Shown here: piece by piece, positions 42,400-55,900 of the stretch
How the letters are laid out: each line of letters begins with the position of its first letter
Numbering within the stretch: the first letter of the stretch is position 1
Origin: Raillietiella orientalis
Lineage: Eukaryota
DNA length: 64,000 bases
Direction: 5' to 3'
NCBI GenBank assembly: GCA_036172245.1
Contig: JAYWIR010000037.1
Location: 1-64,000 of the forward strand
The notes under the pieces: model-generated
What the model saw: the letters and a program-made list of their open reading frames with translations, nothing else
The model's database searches: none
What the model was told of the DNA's origin: nothing
Translations under genes and position numbers: made by a program

Positions 42400-45300
42400 A
42401 CGTGTCCCCCACAGGTTTGACCTCATCCAGGAAGTTCACGAGATAAGCGCCCGGGAGGCGTGCGAGCTCGAACGGCGGACGGGGACGCCCACGACTGGGC
42501 GGCGCGGCGCCATCTGCACCCGCGGAGTGACATTCCTGGTGCAGCCGCAAGCGCCCGCGGGACTGCTGAGAGTCAGCCCGATGAAGAGGGTTGCGTGCAT
42601 GAACCACACCTGCAATCGTAAATCGATGCGATCCCCACACGTGAGCACCCTTCCCCTCTGCTGTCGAGGGCATCCTCCCAGGTTTGCCCACCGGATTCGC
42701 TAAGCTTTAATAGTCGGGACGTCGTAGGTCCTACCGCCTTCGTATTGTGTACTTTTAATAAGTAAACGCCCCTGCGCTCCCGGGCGGAAACCCATTCGCT
42801 GGTGCTGGAGCGCACCTGCTGTCACTCTGGCCTCTCCCACCATCCGCGTGTGGAACTGGTGCTTGTGCCCTCGGCCAAAGCATCGTCAGCCAACCTCTGC
42901 CGACTCCCGAACGGCTGGTTACAGACTGGGTCCCGACTTAACTGAGTGCGCACATTCGGGAATGAGAACAGCAGGAACTATGGGACCAGAACCTGCCCAA
43001 GAGTTCCATCCGCGAGTTTTGCAGGGACTATTCTTTTCCGAGGCTGCTGCCAGGATTCGGAGAGACCGGTGAATTGCTGTAAGGTCATGCACGCACGCGT
43101 TAACGCGCGTCAGACGAACATCTCGCGAGTGGCAGACTACTGTGCTGTGGCGGAACGGCTTGCCTGGCAGTCGGGAGCACCTGGACCCATCGACTAGGAT
43201 GGGAGACTTCGGACCCATTCACTCACCGTGAGCCGCATGATGTGGGAGCAGCACTCCCCGTGTTACGCACGATCTGCCCCCGACGGTACATGCGCGGAGC
43301 GGATGCTGCCCTCCCCTGAGCTGTAAATAAGACAGGCCGAAGCTATTCACGCAGGACAAAGTCCTGCAAGCCATTGCCCAGTGAAAGGAGATCAAGACTG
43401 CTGATGAGAGCGGACTTCCCACGGAACTGCACAAATGCTTCGCGAAAGAGTTCGCCCCCCTGTTACTTGCGATGACTCGAACGATTGAGGAACAGGGCGA
43501 GGTAGATGTCTCCTTAAAGCCCACAAGGGTGCGTCTCCTGCCCAAGGCTGGAGACCCCGATCAAGTCAACAGCTAGCATCCCGTCGCCAATGCGAACGCG
43601 AATGTCGAGTTGGTGTCCGAATTGCGGACTCTGCGTCTGACACGGGTGACGAAGTCGTTGATTGGGTGGGAGCAGGGTTACGCTGTTCCCAGCTGCAGCA
43701 TGGACATCAGTTTGTCTGCTTCGCCTCCAGGAACGCCGGTCTCACCAATTCGTCCTTTCGCACCGAGCAAGCGGCACCAGTGGCGTCGAGTTCTGCAGAT
43801 TCCTTGGGGAGCGACCAGGAAAAGCCTTGGTGGTGGCCGTCCGTCGCCATCTGCTAGGCGTTCCACTGCTGAGACCAGGAACTCCTCCTCCTCTTGAGGG
43901 TTTTGGCACGCTTCGAACTCCCGAGACACCCACACTCGTATCTTCGCGCCGTGTAATGCAAAGGACTCGTCAACATCTTGTTCAACGGGCGGGGTACGTG
44001 CATAGGCAGTTGTCAGGGACAACCGGAGTCCGATCCTCTTCAGCACCTACTTCGAGTTGGCGCTGGTGGGAGGCAGGTGAATGCTAGCAGAGCTCCTTCC
44101 ACATTTTCGTGTGCCCTGGCTGCAGCCCGAGATGCGCCGATGATCCACTGCTCTTTCAGACCTTATTCAAGCTGATATCAGCTGCTGAGGGTCAGGCATG
44201 GATTTTCACCCGGAATTGCGGTGGCGTTTATTGACAACAATAAACATTACAAAATGATAGGACCATTGACCTTATCGAGTCCTGACTAGCACAGCTTGTC
44301 GAGTATCCAGTGCGCAGACCGGGGAGGATGGTCTCGACAGCAGAGGGGATGGGAAAAGCAAGACCAAAAAAAAAAAAAAATACAAATGTTAATACCTCTA
44401 GGGGGCACGGGAAGGGATCACTGCCTGCTTGAGGCCATCCTCTCCTGGGTGCCAGCAAGTTTATTCACCAGTTTTCTCCAGATGGGGTCATCTCGTTGGC
44501 CTCCACAAAAACCGTAGGGAGAAATGATTCTCGCCACTTCCTGTTCCACTGGCGTCTCTCCACGCCGACACAATTTTCGTAGGGTATGCGGCCGGCGACA
44601 ATGCGTTGCACACGAAGAGGGGTATCAGTGCATCCCTAAGGTTGCCACATAGGGTCCGAAGGGTAGTCGCTGCAAAGCATCCCCGCAATGGTCTCAGGGC
44701 AACACAGCCCACGAGAAAGTGCGGCAGTGATTCGCGTTTCCTGCACCTGCTGCAGTCCGGATCCACACACCCCGGGTCCAGTGATATTGACGCGCGTTGC
44801 AAGAGAGTCCCCAATGCAACAGCAGAAGCACGGACTCCTGCCACTTGAGAGGGAGGGTGCGGTTGTTCAGGAGAGATGGAAGTCACTCGAGATCCTTGCA
44901 GGAAATGCTCAGCAGCTCACCCCAACGCACAAGTCCTTTGAGGTCACAGGGTGTCGGCCCGTGGTCCAACCAGTGAGCGTCCCGCTTCCGGATGAAATCT
45001 CGCATAGGAATTCCCATTTCGTCGGTAGGTTGCTGCTGCCAAAATGCTCCCTCAAGGAAGGCAGCGCCGAGGCAAGAGAAGTTGGTCCTGCCTACGCACA
45101 CTTGGCGGGATGCACGATGATCTGGAGCGAGTAGTTGCAGAAGGAGTACAGCCGTTAACTCCGGGCTCGACTCGCTGATCTTCGTCCAAGTGCAACGTTT
45201 CCTACAGACAGGCACTCCTGTTCGTGGGGAAGCAGGAGATCCACGTGTTCTCCTTGGTCAGTTCAGCTACTCGCCACAGTTGAAGCCAGCAAAAGGACAC

Positions 45301-46440
45301 GTTGCAGCGGTGGCGCGCAAGGAGAAACGAGTTCCTCTTAGCAGGCAGCTCTTCTGACCAGAAGACTGCCTGCTAAGCTGCCCATTCGCATCAACTGATG
45401 CATCATAGCTTCTCCACTAACGCCAGAGTTCTCCATTGGAGGTGCCCCTCTTAGTGCTCAAGCGTCAGGAAGCCGAGGCTATCATCGCGCCACGGAGCAC
45501 GCGAGTCCTTCAGGCGGATTCTGGACCTCCCTTTGCCCCAGAAGGCGATTCTGTGGAGGTCCTTCGTCCGCTTCTTAACCCTGTTGGGCGAGTGGCAAGC
45601 AAAAAGCAGGGGGGAGGAGAAGGAAGGGGGCACGAATGCGTTCCACACTTGCGGTCCCTTTCCGGCAAGTGGGACGGACCTGCCTCTTGGAACAGACCGA
45701 GCTCCTGCCCTGCCTTCTGAGGACGACAGGATTAGGGGGATCAGGCATGGAGGTGTACCGGCAGAAGGCGGTGGTCGTTCCTGCAGGAGCGCTAAGCTAA
45801 TCACCGTAGTTATTCTTGTCTTCTGAGAAGTTCCCAGAAGCAGTGGACAACGCCTCGGCTAACGGACGCTCACATCCTGCCAACGCGAGTCGGGTCCTGT
45901 GCTGATAGACGAAGGTCGTGACCATGGATCCGTAGGACTTCACCATGCCTCTTGTGGAGCACATCATCTGCATGGTATTGCATTGGATGATCCCGTGCAA
46001 TCCAGTTCTCCACCAGATATCAGGAGGGCTGGTAAATCCACCCTGCATTCGTTGCGGCATGTGGGAATCCATCCTGCATCCCCTGCTGCACTGAGCCGCT
46101 TCCGCGTTGTTCAGGCATGCTGACGTGCCGCTGTACCTCTTCAGGATCCTTCTCATCCAGGAAGGATTGAATCTCTCCGAAACGCGGGCTGTTCTGTTTG
46201 GATTGCTAGGCGATCGTTCAATAGCGAGCCTTTTGCGAAGCAGGGCCAGGGTAGTGCAAGCCTGAGTGTGACTTTTCCTCAGATGGTGATGGCTGGGGTG
46301 GCATGCTTGCACGCATGGATCCAACCAAAAGCAGTGACCCCACGCGAATCGCGCGAACGTTGCGTGGAGGGCCGTGCTCTCGGTAAACCCCCTCCCCCTT
46401 TTTGTTTAAAGCCCCCGAAGTCTGTTGTATGCAACCCACA
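42400..46440 (+). mobile_element. Decayed L1/Tx1-like element E (AP endonuclease and RT ORF2), split by insertion F at 44203-45740
   Basis: Ghost motifs in order: ICTRGV, CVHEPHL (like LQETHL), VNAP, SRVADY, SGLPTELHKCF, LLPKAGDP, QGYAVP, DQEK, LRVRHG, then after the insertion ALDD. Multiple stops; ends approximate. Confidence 0.75.
44203..45740 (-). mobile_element. 5'-truncated L1/Tx1-like copy F (same family as B and C), inserted antisense into the RT of element E
   Basis: VWNAFVPP...RVKKRTKDLHRIAFWGKGRSRIRLKD...CSRCRKRESLPHFLVGC matches B and C, with the same 3' terminus. Direct repeat TCAGGCATGGA at 44192-44202 and 45741-45751. Confidence 0.88.
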
Positions 46441-48502
46441 CTTCCAGCATCACGAACAAAAAGAAACTCCTTAAGAAAAGAATTCTCACATCCTTTACAG
46501 ACATGCTGGACATCATTGCCATTATATCTCATCTTGACACTTCAGAATACATCGATCTTGAAGAGAAGCAACCAAGAGCCTGTGGCAATGCGGAGAGTGT
46601 TGTATTTAGAATAGCAACAAAAAGAACGAAAAAACAAACATGTCAACCATTCATCCAGACGTGAAGATGCTCAATTCCCCATTCATGTGCGCTCTCATGC
46701 ATCGGATCGCAACCGCTTGTACCAAATTTCGAAAAATTTTTTCATTAAAATTTCCAAAAACACATTTTTACATTGTTGGTAGTTTTTCCATCCAAATCCA
46801 CTATCATCTTGTTTCCTCGATATAGAATATGATTGGTTGGCATTAATAAATACAAAAACGATCAACCAAATTACTGTCGGCATATTCAGCATTTTCTCAC
46901 GAAAAATCAACTGATTTTGAAAATTGTTTTGTACATTCACAATACATTCATTATAAAAAGATGCCATTGGAACTTGCTGTTATTACACGAACAATTTTTT
47001 ATTAAAGTATTATTCTAATTAAAATATTTGATCTCTACCAGAATTTAAACATATGTGATATACACAAATATACTGGTGTATTCCTTATTATTAAATTTCT
47101 GCTGCAATGTGCTTTGATAGTCATTAATGCGAGTTCACATAATTCTTATATAGACAACATGATATAAAAGCATACGGTTCATAATTATTGCTCTCTGTTT
47201 GAAATTAATGGACCGTTTCTAATTGCAGAACTGGATTGATGATCTATCCATATCTACATCTATGTATCTACTGTATTTGTATCTATATCTGTATAGTTCA
47301 GAAGAATTTTACTTCTGAATAATTATGGAAATTGAATTTAAGAAGCAATCTCTAGAAAAATTCTTGTGATGTTCGGATTCTCTATGCATATTCTCTGTAT
47401 GTTCACTGTCTCTTGTTTGACGTAATGTCCCACTTCTAATTTCCGCCATTGTATCTGATAGAATTTTCCTAGACTTTTGCGTTCTTATTCCATGCTTCTG
47501 AATATTCTAAAAATTAATTTAACGAACCAATCACATATATTTCCTCATTTGTCTATTAAATCCTTGCGTTCATAGATTCTATGATAAACAATCCTAGTTC
47601 CATATTAAAAGTTTAAGAGTACATACTGTTTTTAAGAATGAGAACATGAAATAATAACTATGCTAAAATGCGTATAAATATTATTTGGTTTTGAATTTTT
47701 TGGATTATTCTTTATTCGCCATAAATTATTACCAAGTGATGGAAACCACAGAACATGAAAATAGCTTTCTTAAAAGGCAGCTAAATAGAAAATGATTACA
47801 GCTTTTGAATCAAAGATTCCTTATTTACTGAAAGTTAGATGAAATAAAAGGAATAAAATGATGAGCGAATGAATATGACTAATGCTTGATGATGAATAAA
47901 ATGCACTGTAGAGTTCACAAGCAGCTAGCATTATATATATGTTGTAAAAATTCCACTAATACTGAATGGCGGAAAGCTTTTACAAGCTAGGGATTAATTT
48001 TTATGGATTAATTTTTTATCAACAAGAGCACAGAGTTTATAATATTTGAATCATCATCATGGGCATTAAAAATGATTGTATCAATAATTCTCCAATCTGG
48101 AGTTGTGCAAAAAAATGTTTACATTGAGAGAGAAAAGATTTCTTCTACCAAAATGGACTCCTAGACTAAAGTAATGTAACTGGAATAATCGGCAAAGTTG
48201 GAGTCAATGTAAATTTAACTGAAAGTTAGAAGGAAGAAAAATGTAGCAAATGTAAAAAATGCAATCACGCAGTATATTTCACTCATTTCTCCGAAGAACA
48301 TAAGTTTAAAATCAGAAGTGAATAACAACTGTTATAATTTTGAAAATGTTGCTTATGTTCGAATTACAAAATTAAAGAATCAAGTCAAAAAATCCTTTTT
48401 ATAGCTTTAAAAATACCGTTACTCCATTCCATAAAATCTGTTGATCAATCGAGCGTGGCCTCAGTAGATCTGGCAAACTCGGTGAAGCGGTAATCGTGAA
48501 TC

Positions 48503-49906
48503 ATGCCTATCACGAGAAAGGTATGTATTTGTTGCTTTTGTTTTATTAGATGCATTGCGAGCATATATTTGGTTGTTTTTGAGAGCTTTTTTTCATTTGG
48601 CTGTTCAGCACGGAAAGTTTTTTTGAAAACTTCAGTTTTTAAATTTTGTTGATCATGGTTGCTTACTTCATTAGTCAGTTTCGGTTCGTTTGCTTTCGTT
48701 CTACTAATACGATGCTACTAAAGAAATGCTACCTCATATGTAAGCACACGTTTTTTCTGAATGTATATTAAATTCCTAGATAATATGATTGCTTGATGAC
48801 TTTCTCAAAAATTAATACCAAGGAAACGTGATTATATGGCGCCCTATTTATGACGATGTGTGATCATATTGTGCCTGTGATGTCAGTCGTGTAATTGTCA
48901 CTCCGCGTGCATTTTATTTTACTGATAGAAAGGAAAGTCAACCAGGTTTTAAGACGTTGAATCATTTATCAAGGGTAAAGCGACCAGTCCTCACGTAATC
49001 GAACTCCCTGTTACATTTCAAGAATGTATTTCCGCACCAACATTAATTCAGCTGATCGAAGAAGTGTTGCTACACATCCTATATCAGAGGGAGCAAGTCC
49101 CTTTGCATTTCCCCTTGCTTCAGAAGGTTGTTACTTGTGAGCATAACACTCCATCTTTAGTGACCACCAAGGACATCAGTGAAAAATCATTTGAGAAAAT
49201 GTTGGAGGAAAGAAAACTGAGGGTAACGAATTGACTGCATAAAGTTGGGATTTACAGCCCAATTGTTCCCAATTATTTTTAGAAAGAACAAATGAAAGAG
49301 AGGAAAAAAAATTCCTATACTCAAAGATTACTGCATCATCATGGAAAACAACTCAAATCTGCTTATGAACGCATCAGTTCACTTATTCTGCAGTTGAATC
49401 AAGCACTGACCAGTCAATTATCCCAAACTACTGAATTAATGCTGATTTTGGGTTCAACACTCATCTCACCACGTGAAATATATCATATACATCTTCCAGA
49501 AAAAACAAGAATACCTCTTGCATCATGCATCACCTCCCAAAGAGCCAAAGTACATCTTTTAAGGTATTCATATTTATCATTAGTGTATATCATCTGTCAT
49601 TTTTATAGATCTTTATTGATGTCAGAAGAATTATCTTCTGTGTGGCAACGACCAACTACTGTCAACAGTATTTACATACTATTACGTTGTCAGCAACCTT
49701 GTGAAACTGGTCTCTGGCTTAAGGATAATTATGTTGTTCCAGACAAGTGTCTCCATGTGCACATCAGAATAAAACAACAGTGTGTGCTAGAGGTGCAAAC
49801 ACTTCTTGAACACCTTAATGTCAAGTCTGCACAGCAGTCTACACTCCTGTATCAACTTCCTCTGATTATAAGAGGAGTTAAATTACAAGGAAGTCTTCCA
49901 GAATAG
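48503..49906 (+). CDS. MAD2L1BP: MAD2L1-binding protein (p31comet)-like HORMA protein, 4 exons
   Basis: Exons 48503-48520, 48974-49222, 49283-49563 and 49609-49906 splice in frame. Motifs LLHILYQREQVP, LILGSTLISPREIY and terminal YQLPLIIRG match p31comet HIxYQRxQxP, ILGxxxxSPKE and WFQxPxxxKG. Confidence 0.75.
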
Positions 49907-49935
49907 AGGATGCTTTCATGATTGCCAGCATCTGT

Positions 49936-52900
49936 TTACTTGCTGAAAGCCCAAGAGCCTGTGCATTTGACACATTCACCCTCCTCATTGAAGGTGGCTA
50001 AGCACAATTTATCTAGCTTATTGCTAATACAAGAATTGAGTTCTCCATATCTGGTGACTGTAGTTAGTGGAACCAAATCTGTGTGAACAGTTAAAATAGA
50101 ATACTTGTGAAACTGCTGACCTTCCAACTCAGTTGAACCATCCAGTCCAGTGTCATCAGTTTCATCCTGAAGGACACCAGTAGAAGTGTATCGAAGCAAA
50201 TCCAACATAGAACTTATCAGAGTATCCATTAGTAGGACCTGTCGAGAAAATATCTACAATTTACATGTTATATTGTTGAGAATTGAGATACAATACTTTT
50301 TTATACCTGAAAAACGTGTGTCATCTTCTTTCCATAATTGGGAGCAGGGAACTGCAAAAATAAGCATGGCAAACAATTTGGATTCTTTTCTTGTGAGGGT
50401 TTAGCAAAATCCCAGCACAGGTGCCCATAACGAACTCCTAGCAACAGGACCTACAGACAATCCTAAAAGAATTCTTCTAGTGCACATTACTGATTCTTTT
50501 GGATCCAGGACATATACACCACAAGCACTGATTGCCACCATGACAGCCAAATCCTGTAGAGCAAAGAGATTGCACATGCCACCTCTGTGGCGTTCAATTT
50601 GACCATGAAAGAATGCTGCTCTGAAAAATTTACACATTATAATACAAATACAAACAGAATTCTTTACCCATAATATGGGAGTGACCAGCAAAACTCCAAA
50701 TATTTCTTAATAAGTTTCCTATTAGTCATGTTTGCCAGATTGTGGAACTGAGTGAAAATACGTTCTTCAGGAAACCTTTTGTGATGCCAACTAAAACATG
50801 ATGGCCATCTGGACTGCCAAACATGATTAGGCAAAAATCTGTACAAATTATTATGAAAGAACTGGACAGTGTGTTTTTGTGGGTTGAATGGTCCTAATTC
50901 CAATCGACTTTGAATGGCTGCAAGCATCTCATAGTCTGAAATTTCACAAAGATATCGGCTTTCTAGGATGTTGGTTTTTGCTTCTTCATACAGTAACTCC
51001 AGAGTTTTTATATCTCTAGAAATCCATTTAAACAATAATGCAAATGTTGAAGAACTGCTTCACCGAATTTTGACTTCATCTTTCATTAACAAAAAGACAT
51101 TTCTTCGCAGCATGAGACGTGGAGGATTCTCAAAACTCTCCCTATCGGAATGCTTGCTGTACTGTAAGAGCAATTCAGGCCATCTCATCAGAAATTGTAA
51201 TGGATGATGAAAAGGCTTCAGTTGTACTTCTAAAGAGGCGGAGATTCGAAAAAAGTTCTCATACATACCCAAATGTGGGGAAACCAACCAGAGAGCAAAG
51301 ATATGTGCTGCTTGGGGTGGGAGACCTAACTGTTGCTCGGAAATTATCATTCTTAGCATTTGCTCTGCAGTAACCTGCTGGGCATCTTCAAAATCCAGTT
51401 GTAGACAAACACTACCGCTGAGGTAGATGCCAACAACTAAAAAAAATATAGCATTCGCTAAAACTGATGACAGCACATTTTAAATCAGTTTTTTATATTT
51501 CTGACTAGGAATTCACTGCCACTGAGCCTTTTTCATAATGGATTAATGCTGCTTTGATGAAACTTAAATAAGAGGATCAGTCAGTATTCGATCTCAGTAA
51601 AGTCAGTACCAATAAATTCAGTATAATCAGTATGCAATCTTGTTTTTTGTAACGAACTGAAAAGTTCATTACAAAAAACAAACTGAAAAATGTTTATTCC
51701 TCCGAAATTCAAAGCTTAAAAGGGTAAAATGGAACAGATCATGGGCTAAACGAGTTAAGTTTATATGTTAAGCACAGAAAAGTAATTTCACAGTAAAAGT
51801 TTCAAAAGTATTTGTGCACTGCAAGAAAATCTGGGGAATAAACGTTAAGTGGATGTATACATTTATAAGTAAACATTTTAGGAAATACAAAGTCCAGACG
51901 CCTTCTTATACTGCTTTGAAAGTGGATGTCGCGAATTTTTTATAAACTAACAAATCGAGCAGTTTTCACGACCAAAATAATTATTGGTTTATGAATGCGT
52001 AAGCTGAATTCTGCTGCCTCCTATGGGAGCTGTTGATGGACTCTACCTTAATGCGGCAAAGAGTGTGTGGCACTTATTGCACGAATTGCAGTTCAAAGAA
52101 AGGTGATCTCTGCCTTTTCATTTACATAAAAACAAAAGGACATCAAGAAAATGATCATTAAGAAATTCGTTTTCAGGGTGCCCGTGAGTTCAAAGGGTAT
52201 GGAGGAAAAAAACGTATCAACTGAAAACAAAATCAAAGCATTCAAAGATATCAATGCACTGAAAACGAATGATTGATTTATGCATCTTACATGGTTGGAA
52301 GTTGAGAATGATTCTCAAAGGATCACTTTGGTAGCTTTATTTTCGATTTGCGACACCCGTTAACTAATTTGGCCACTTGCAAAATTACGATAAATAAAAT
52401 TGTGCTGCGAAGCTTTGCTCTTATTTTAATTGGCAATCATAGTAATGAAGATAAAGGAAGAAATCGAACGAAAGTTTTCGGTTGTGTTGAACTCAACTGG
52501 ATACCAAAAGTTCCTGCACAATATACTAATTCATTAGCAAACTCGAAAATGCTGAATAGTTATCCATCAATATATGGGTTTAAATCCATGCTTTCACAAG
52601 TTAGTTACTATTAAACCTAACAACAATACTAGTTTCATAATGCTATTCTAAGTATACAATTCTTACCAAATTGTCATTATGTACAGAATTAGTACACTTG
52701 TGATAAACATGTGTTGAATTATACCACCGAGAAAGCATGCCTTGTAGTCAAACAGATAAGTGGACAAAATTCATTTATTCACAAAAACGCTTAAAGGTCT
52801 GTTACACAAGTCTACTGTGAGGATTCCATATACATATAAATCCATATTTAAATAAATCCATTTCCATATTTATATAAATCCATATTTCGCTACATTTAGG

Positions 52901-55900
52901 CAACCACATGTATCACTGTGTGATGTATATGATTTAAATGAACCAGACTATGCTGGATTACTCAGTTTGTATTGATTTCTTTTTATAACACGAGGTTTTA
53001 ATTACAAGATCAATTTTAAATGGTAATGATAAAAACAAGAAGCAACTGCCACTGACCATGTGGGTTGAAGAGAAACGGGTACACGAAACAGATGCCCTGA
53101 CCTTATCTTCCACAAACCTGAGGCCAAACGAAAAGAGCCTGTTATATGATAAGGAATAAAATGAAGACCAAAAAGGACCCTCCGTCCTTGAAGACAGGCG
53201 CAATAGCAGCAAACTTCCTGATAACGAGGTAGTGGTGTGAACACAACTCCAGGAGAATGCAAACCACCATGCTAAAGGAAGTAGGCAAACTCGAAGTAAA
53301 AGATTTCGACAACACTTCTTCAGACGCCAGGAAAATCAACACACGAAAGGGAAAGGATGAACCTAGAAAATCGCCGGTAATCGATGACCACATTTTTTGT
53401 TTTGAAAACAGAACGATGCAATAGCACCCAATGAAATGAATTATATCCAGCACACCCAAGTCTCGTGAAAGAACTACCAAGAAATGTCATTGCAAGAATT
53501 ACTGTATCATGTCTTGAAGAGATACATAGAATGAAAAGCCAGGCAGAAATACAAGAACTTCCACATATGGACACTGACTCAGTTGAGGGCGACGGATTTC
53601 GCAAAAAAGAAGGCACACCTTTCCCCCAATAATACCAGAACACTAAAAAAGATTTTAAAAGAAAATCTTTTTTTGTTTACTTTTTGTTGATGGTGACTCT
53701 CTGCCGATTAGACAAAATTATGCCAACGCTGGTCCGATGGGGGAAAATGATGATGTGCAATCCTGTTTACGATTTTGTGTACTTTAAAAAAAAAAATTAT
53801 TAAAGAGTCTCATATGAATTTTCAAAAAACCAAAAAACGTGAAACAATGCACAAACAAAATTGATATCCTTTGATTTTGCATGATGAACTGACAAATTTT
53901 TTTCCTACATACTTACCTTATGTGATCTGTACCTGGAGAGCATGGAAATTCAATTTAAAATATATTTACATGATTAAATAATTTCAGTTATGTATCTATT
54001 GGAAGTATATGTCGTCTAATGTCTTATTATATGGAAACACTACTTCCTGGGAGGAAAACACATTGAAACAAAAAAACAATCATTTCCAAATAGAAAATTG
54101 TTTTACTTAAGATCTCTTGGTTCATTGAGATTCCACCAAAAACCAATGAGGCTACTTAGTGCCTCCAGAATTTTTTTAATTGAACGAAGGAGAAAAAGCA
54201 ATTGATTTCATTCAGCTACTTTCAGTCTGTGATAACTTTCCTTTCAAATAATAATTACAATGTAGGTAACCCCATGCTTTGTGGCCTTATTGATGATGAT
54301 TTTCACATCAGTGTACAACATGAAACCCCTAAGTTGTTCACAGTCGTTAGCACAGTCTATCAGCTGGATACCAATAGCAAACAATAATCCTATAATTGAA
54401 ACAGCAGACAGTATGAATGTAAATCAAATTAACACTTTATTGGAAAGTGATGACCCTAATTTAGTGTCTGCAAATAATCTTTAGTACAGCAATGCTACTA
54501 ATAATCTGATTAAGCTGATTCCAATATAAAACACATGGAAAGAAAATCGTAACTTCGGAAACAAATAAAAACTTACTGAATCCTTCTTACACATTTGTAA
54601 TATTATCAAGGAACTAAATGTTTACAATAATGGAATCGATATCGTTTAAAGTGGAGACCTATTTTGTGAGAACTTCGATTATTAAAATTGAAAAATTTCT
54701 GGAAACGAAAACAAGACAACTAATGACATTAATGCAGAATACACATAATGTAGTTATTCAGCATCTGGGGTAACTGCGAGTTCCTTTTAGTTAGGAAATA
54801 AAATTGTGTGCAATAATGTAACAATGCTGGGTTTTATGTTTGCAACTAAAATAGTTCGTAAAAATGCGTTTGCTTTCATTTACAACTTGCTGAAGAAAAT
54901 CAGTGCATTATGTGTTTGTTGTTTGCAAGCTAAACTATTAAACAAACGTAGCCTTCTTTTCCACAAAACTTCTTGTCAAAAATGTTACTTTAATTTCTGA
55001 ATTTCTTTTAATTTAATTACTATAATTTCTGAATTTAATGCTATAATTGAAAATTGAAAATTTCTAAATTATTCCTCATCTATCCACAAACCAATAATTA
55101 CTTACATTGAATATGAAATCCAATATGCATGTAAGTTTCCATAGGGGATTGACGCCTGAATTAAGAACTTTGCAAGCCTATCAGAATCACAAATATCCAT
55201 TATTTGTGGACGCACATATATTCAGTATTTATTATAAAAACGATCCCTGGGCTTCCACTTACAATGATAAACCTTTCTGATAATATGTATGAAGCACATT
55301 AGCAATTAATAACTCTTTTAAGTATCTGTGATGCAATGATTTTTCGTCATTTCAGTAATCATTAGTGTTGAACCTTATATGAGCCTGCAACTAATGTTGT
55401 TACTATGTTTACATTTACAATTTTAATAAATGGCATTATATAAAAAAAATAACTAAACAATCAAAAGTTAAACAATGGACATTAGCATGATTATTATTTA
55501 TTTGCTCTCTTCAGTGCCCTGAAAAACTTTTACAATGCCTAGATTTTCTACAGTGAAGGAATGAATAAAGGATCAACAAAACACAATATGCTACTTTTGT
55601 CTGCTGTACACATATGCTTCCATTACTGTCTTTCTTGAGACAAACACATATGAGAACTGCAACAACAACAAATCCTAATTTGTTTAAACACAGAAAACAT
55701 GAATACAACAAAAGCAGAATTCACGAAATGCTCTTGGGACTCGACATTTTGACTCATCATAAATAATACAAATGTCACATTTTGTAAACACGTGGATTTT
55801 CATGAAATATCAGCAAGACTGTTTCATATAATGAAGCTTCCAGAAATTTTAATTTCAATGAACTTTTCAATCCTATTATTAAAACTGAAGACTGCTGCTA

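Noticed and set aside
52950..54600. Nested gene in the large FRMD8 intron
   Set aside because: Only short broken frames with no recognisable domain or consistent splice pattern; probably TE debris.
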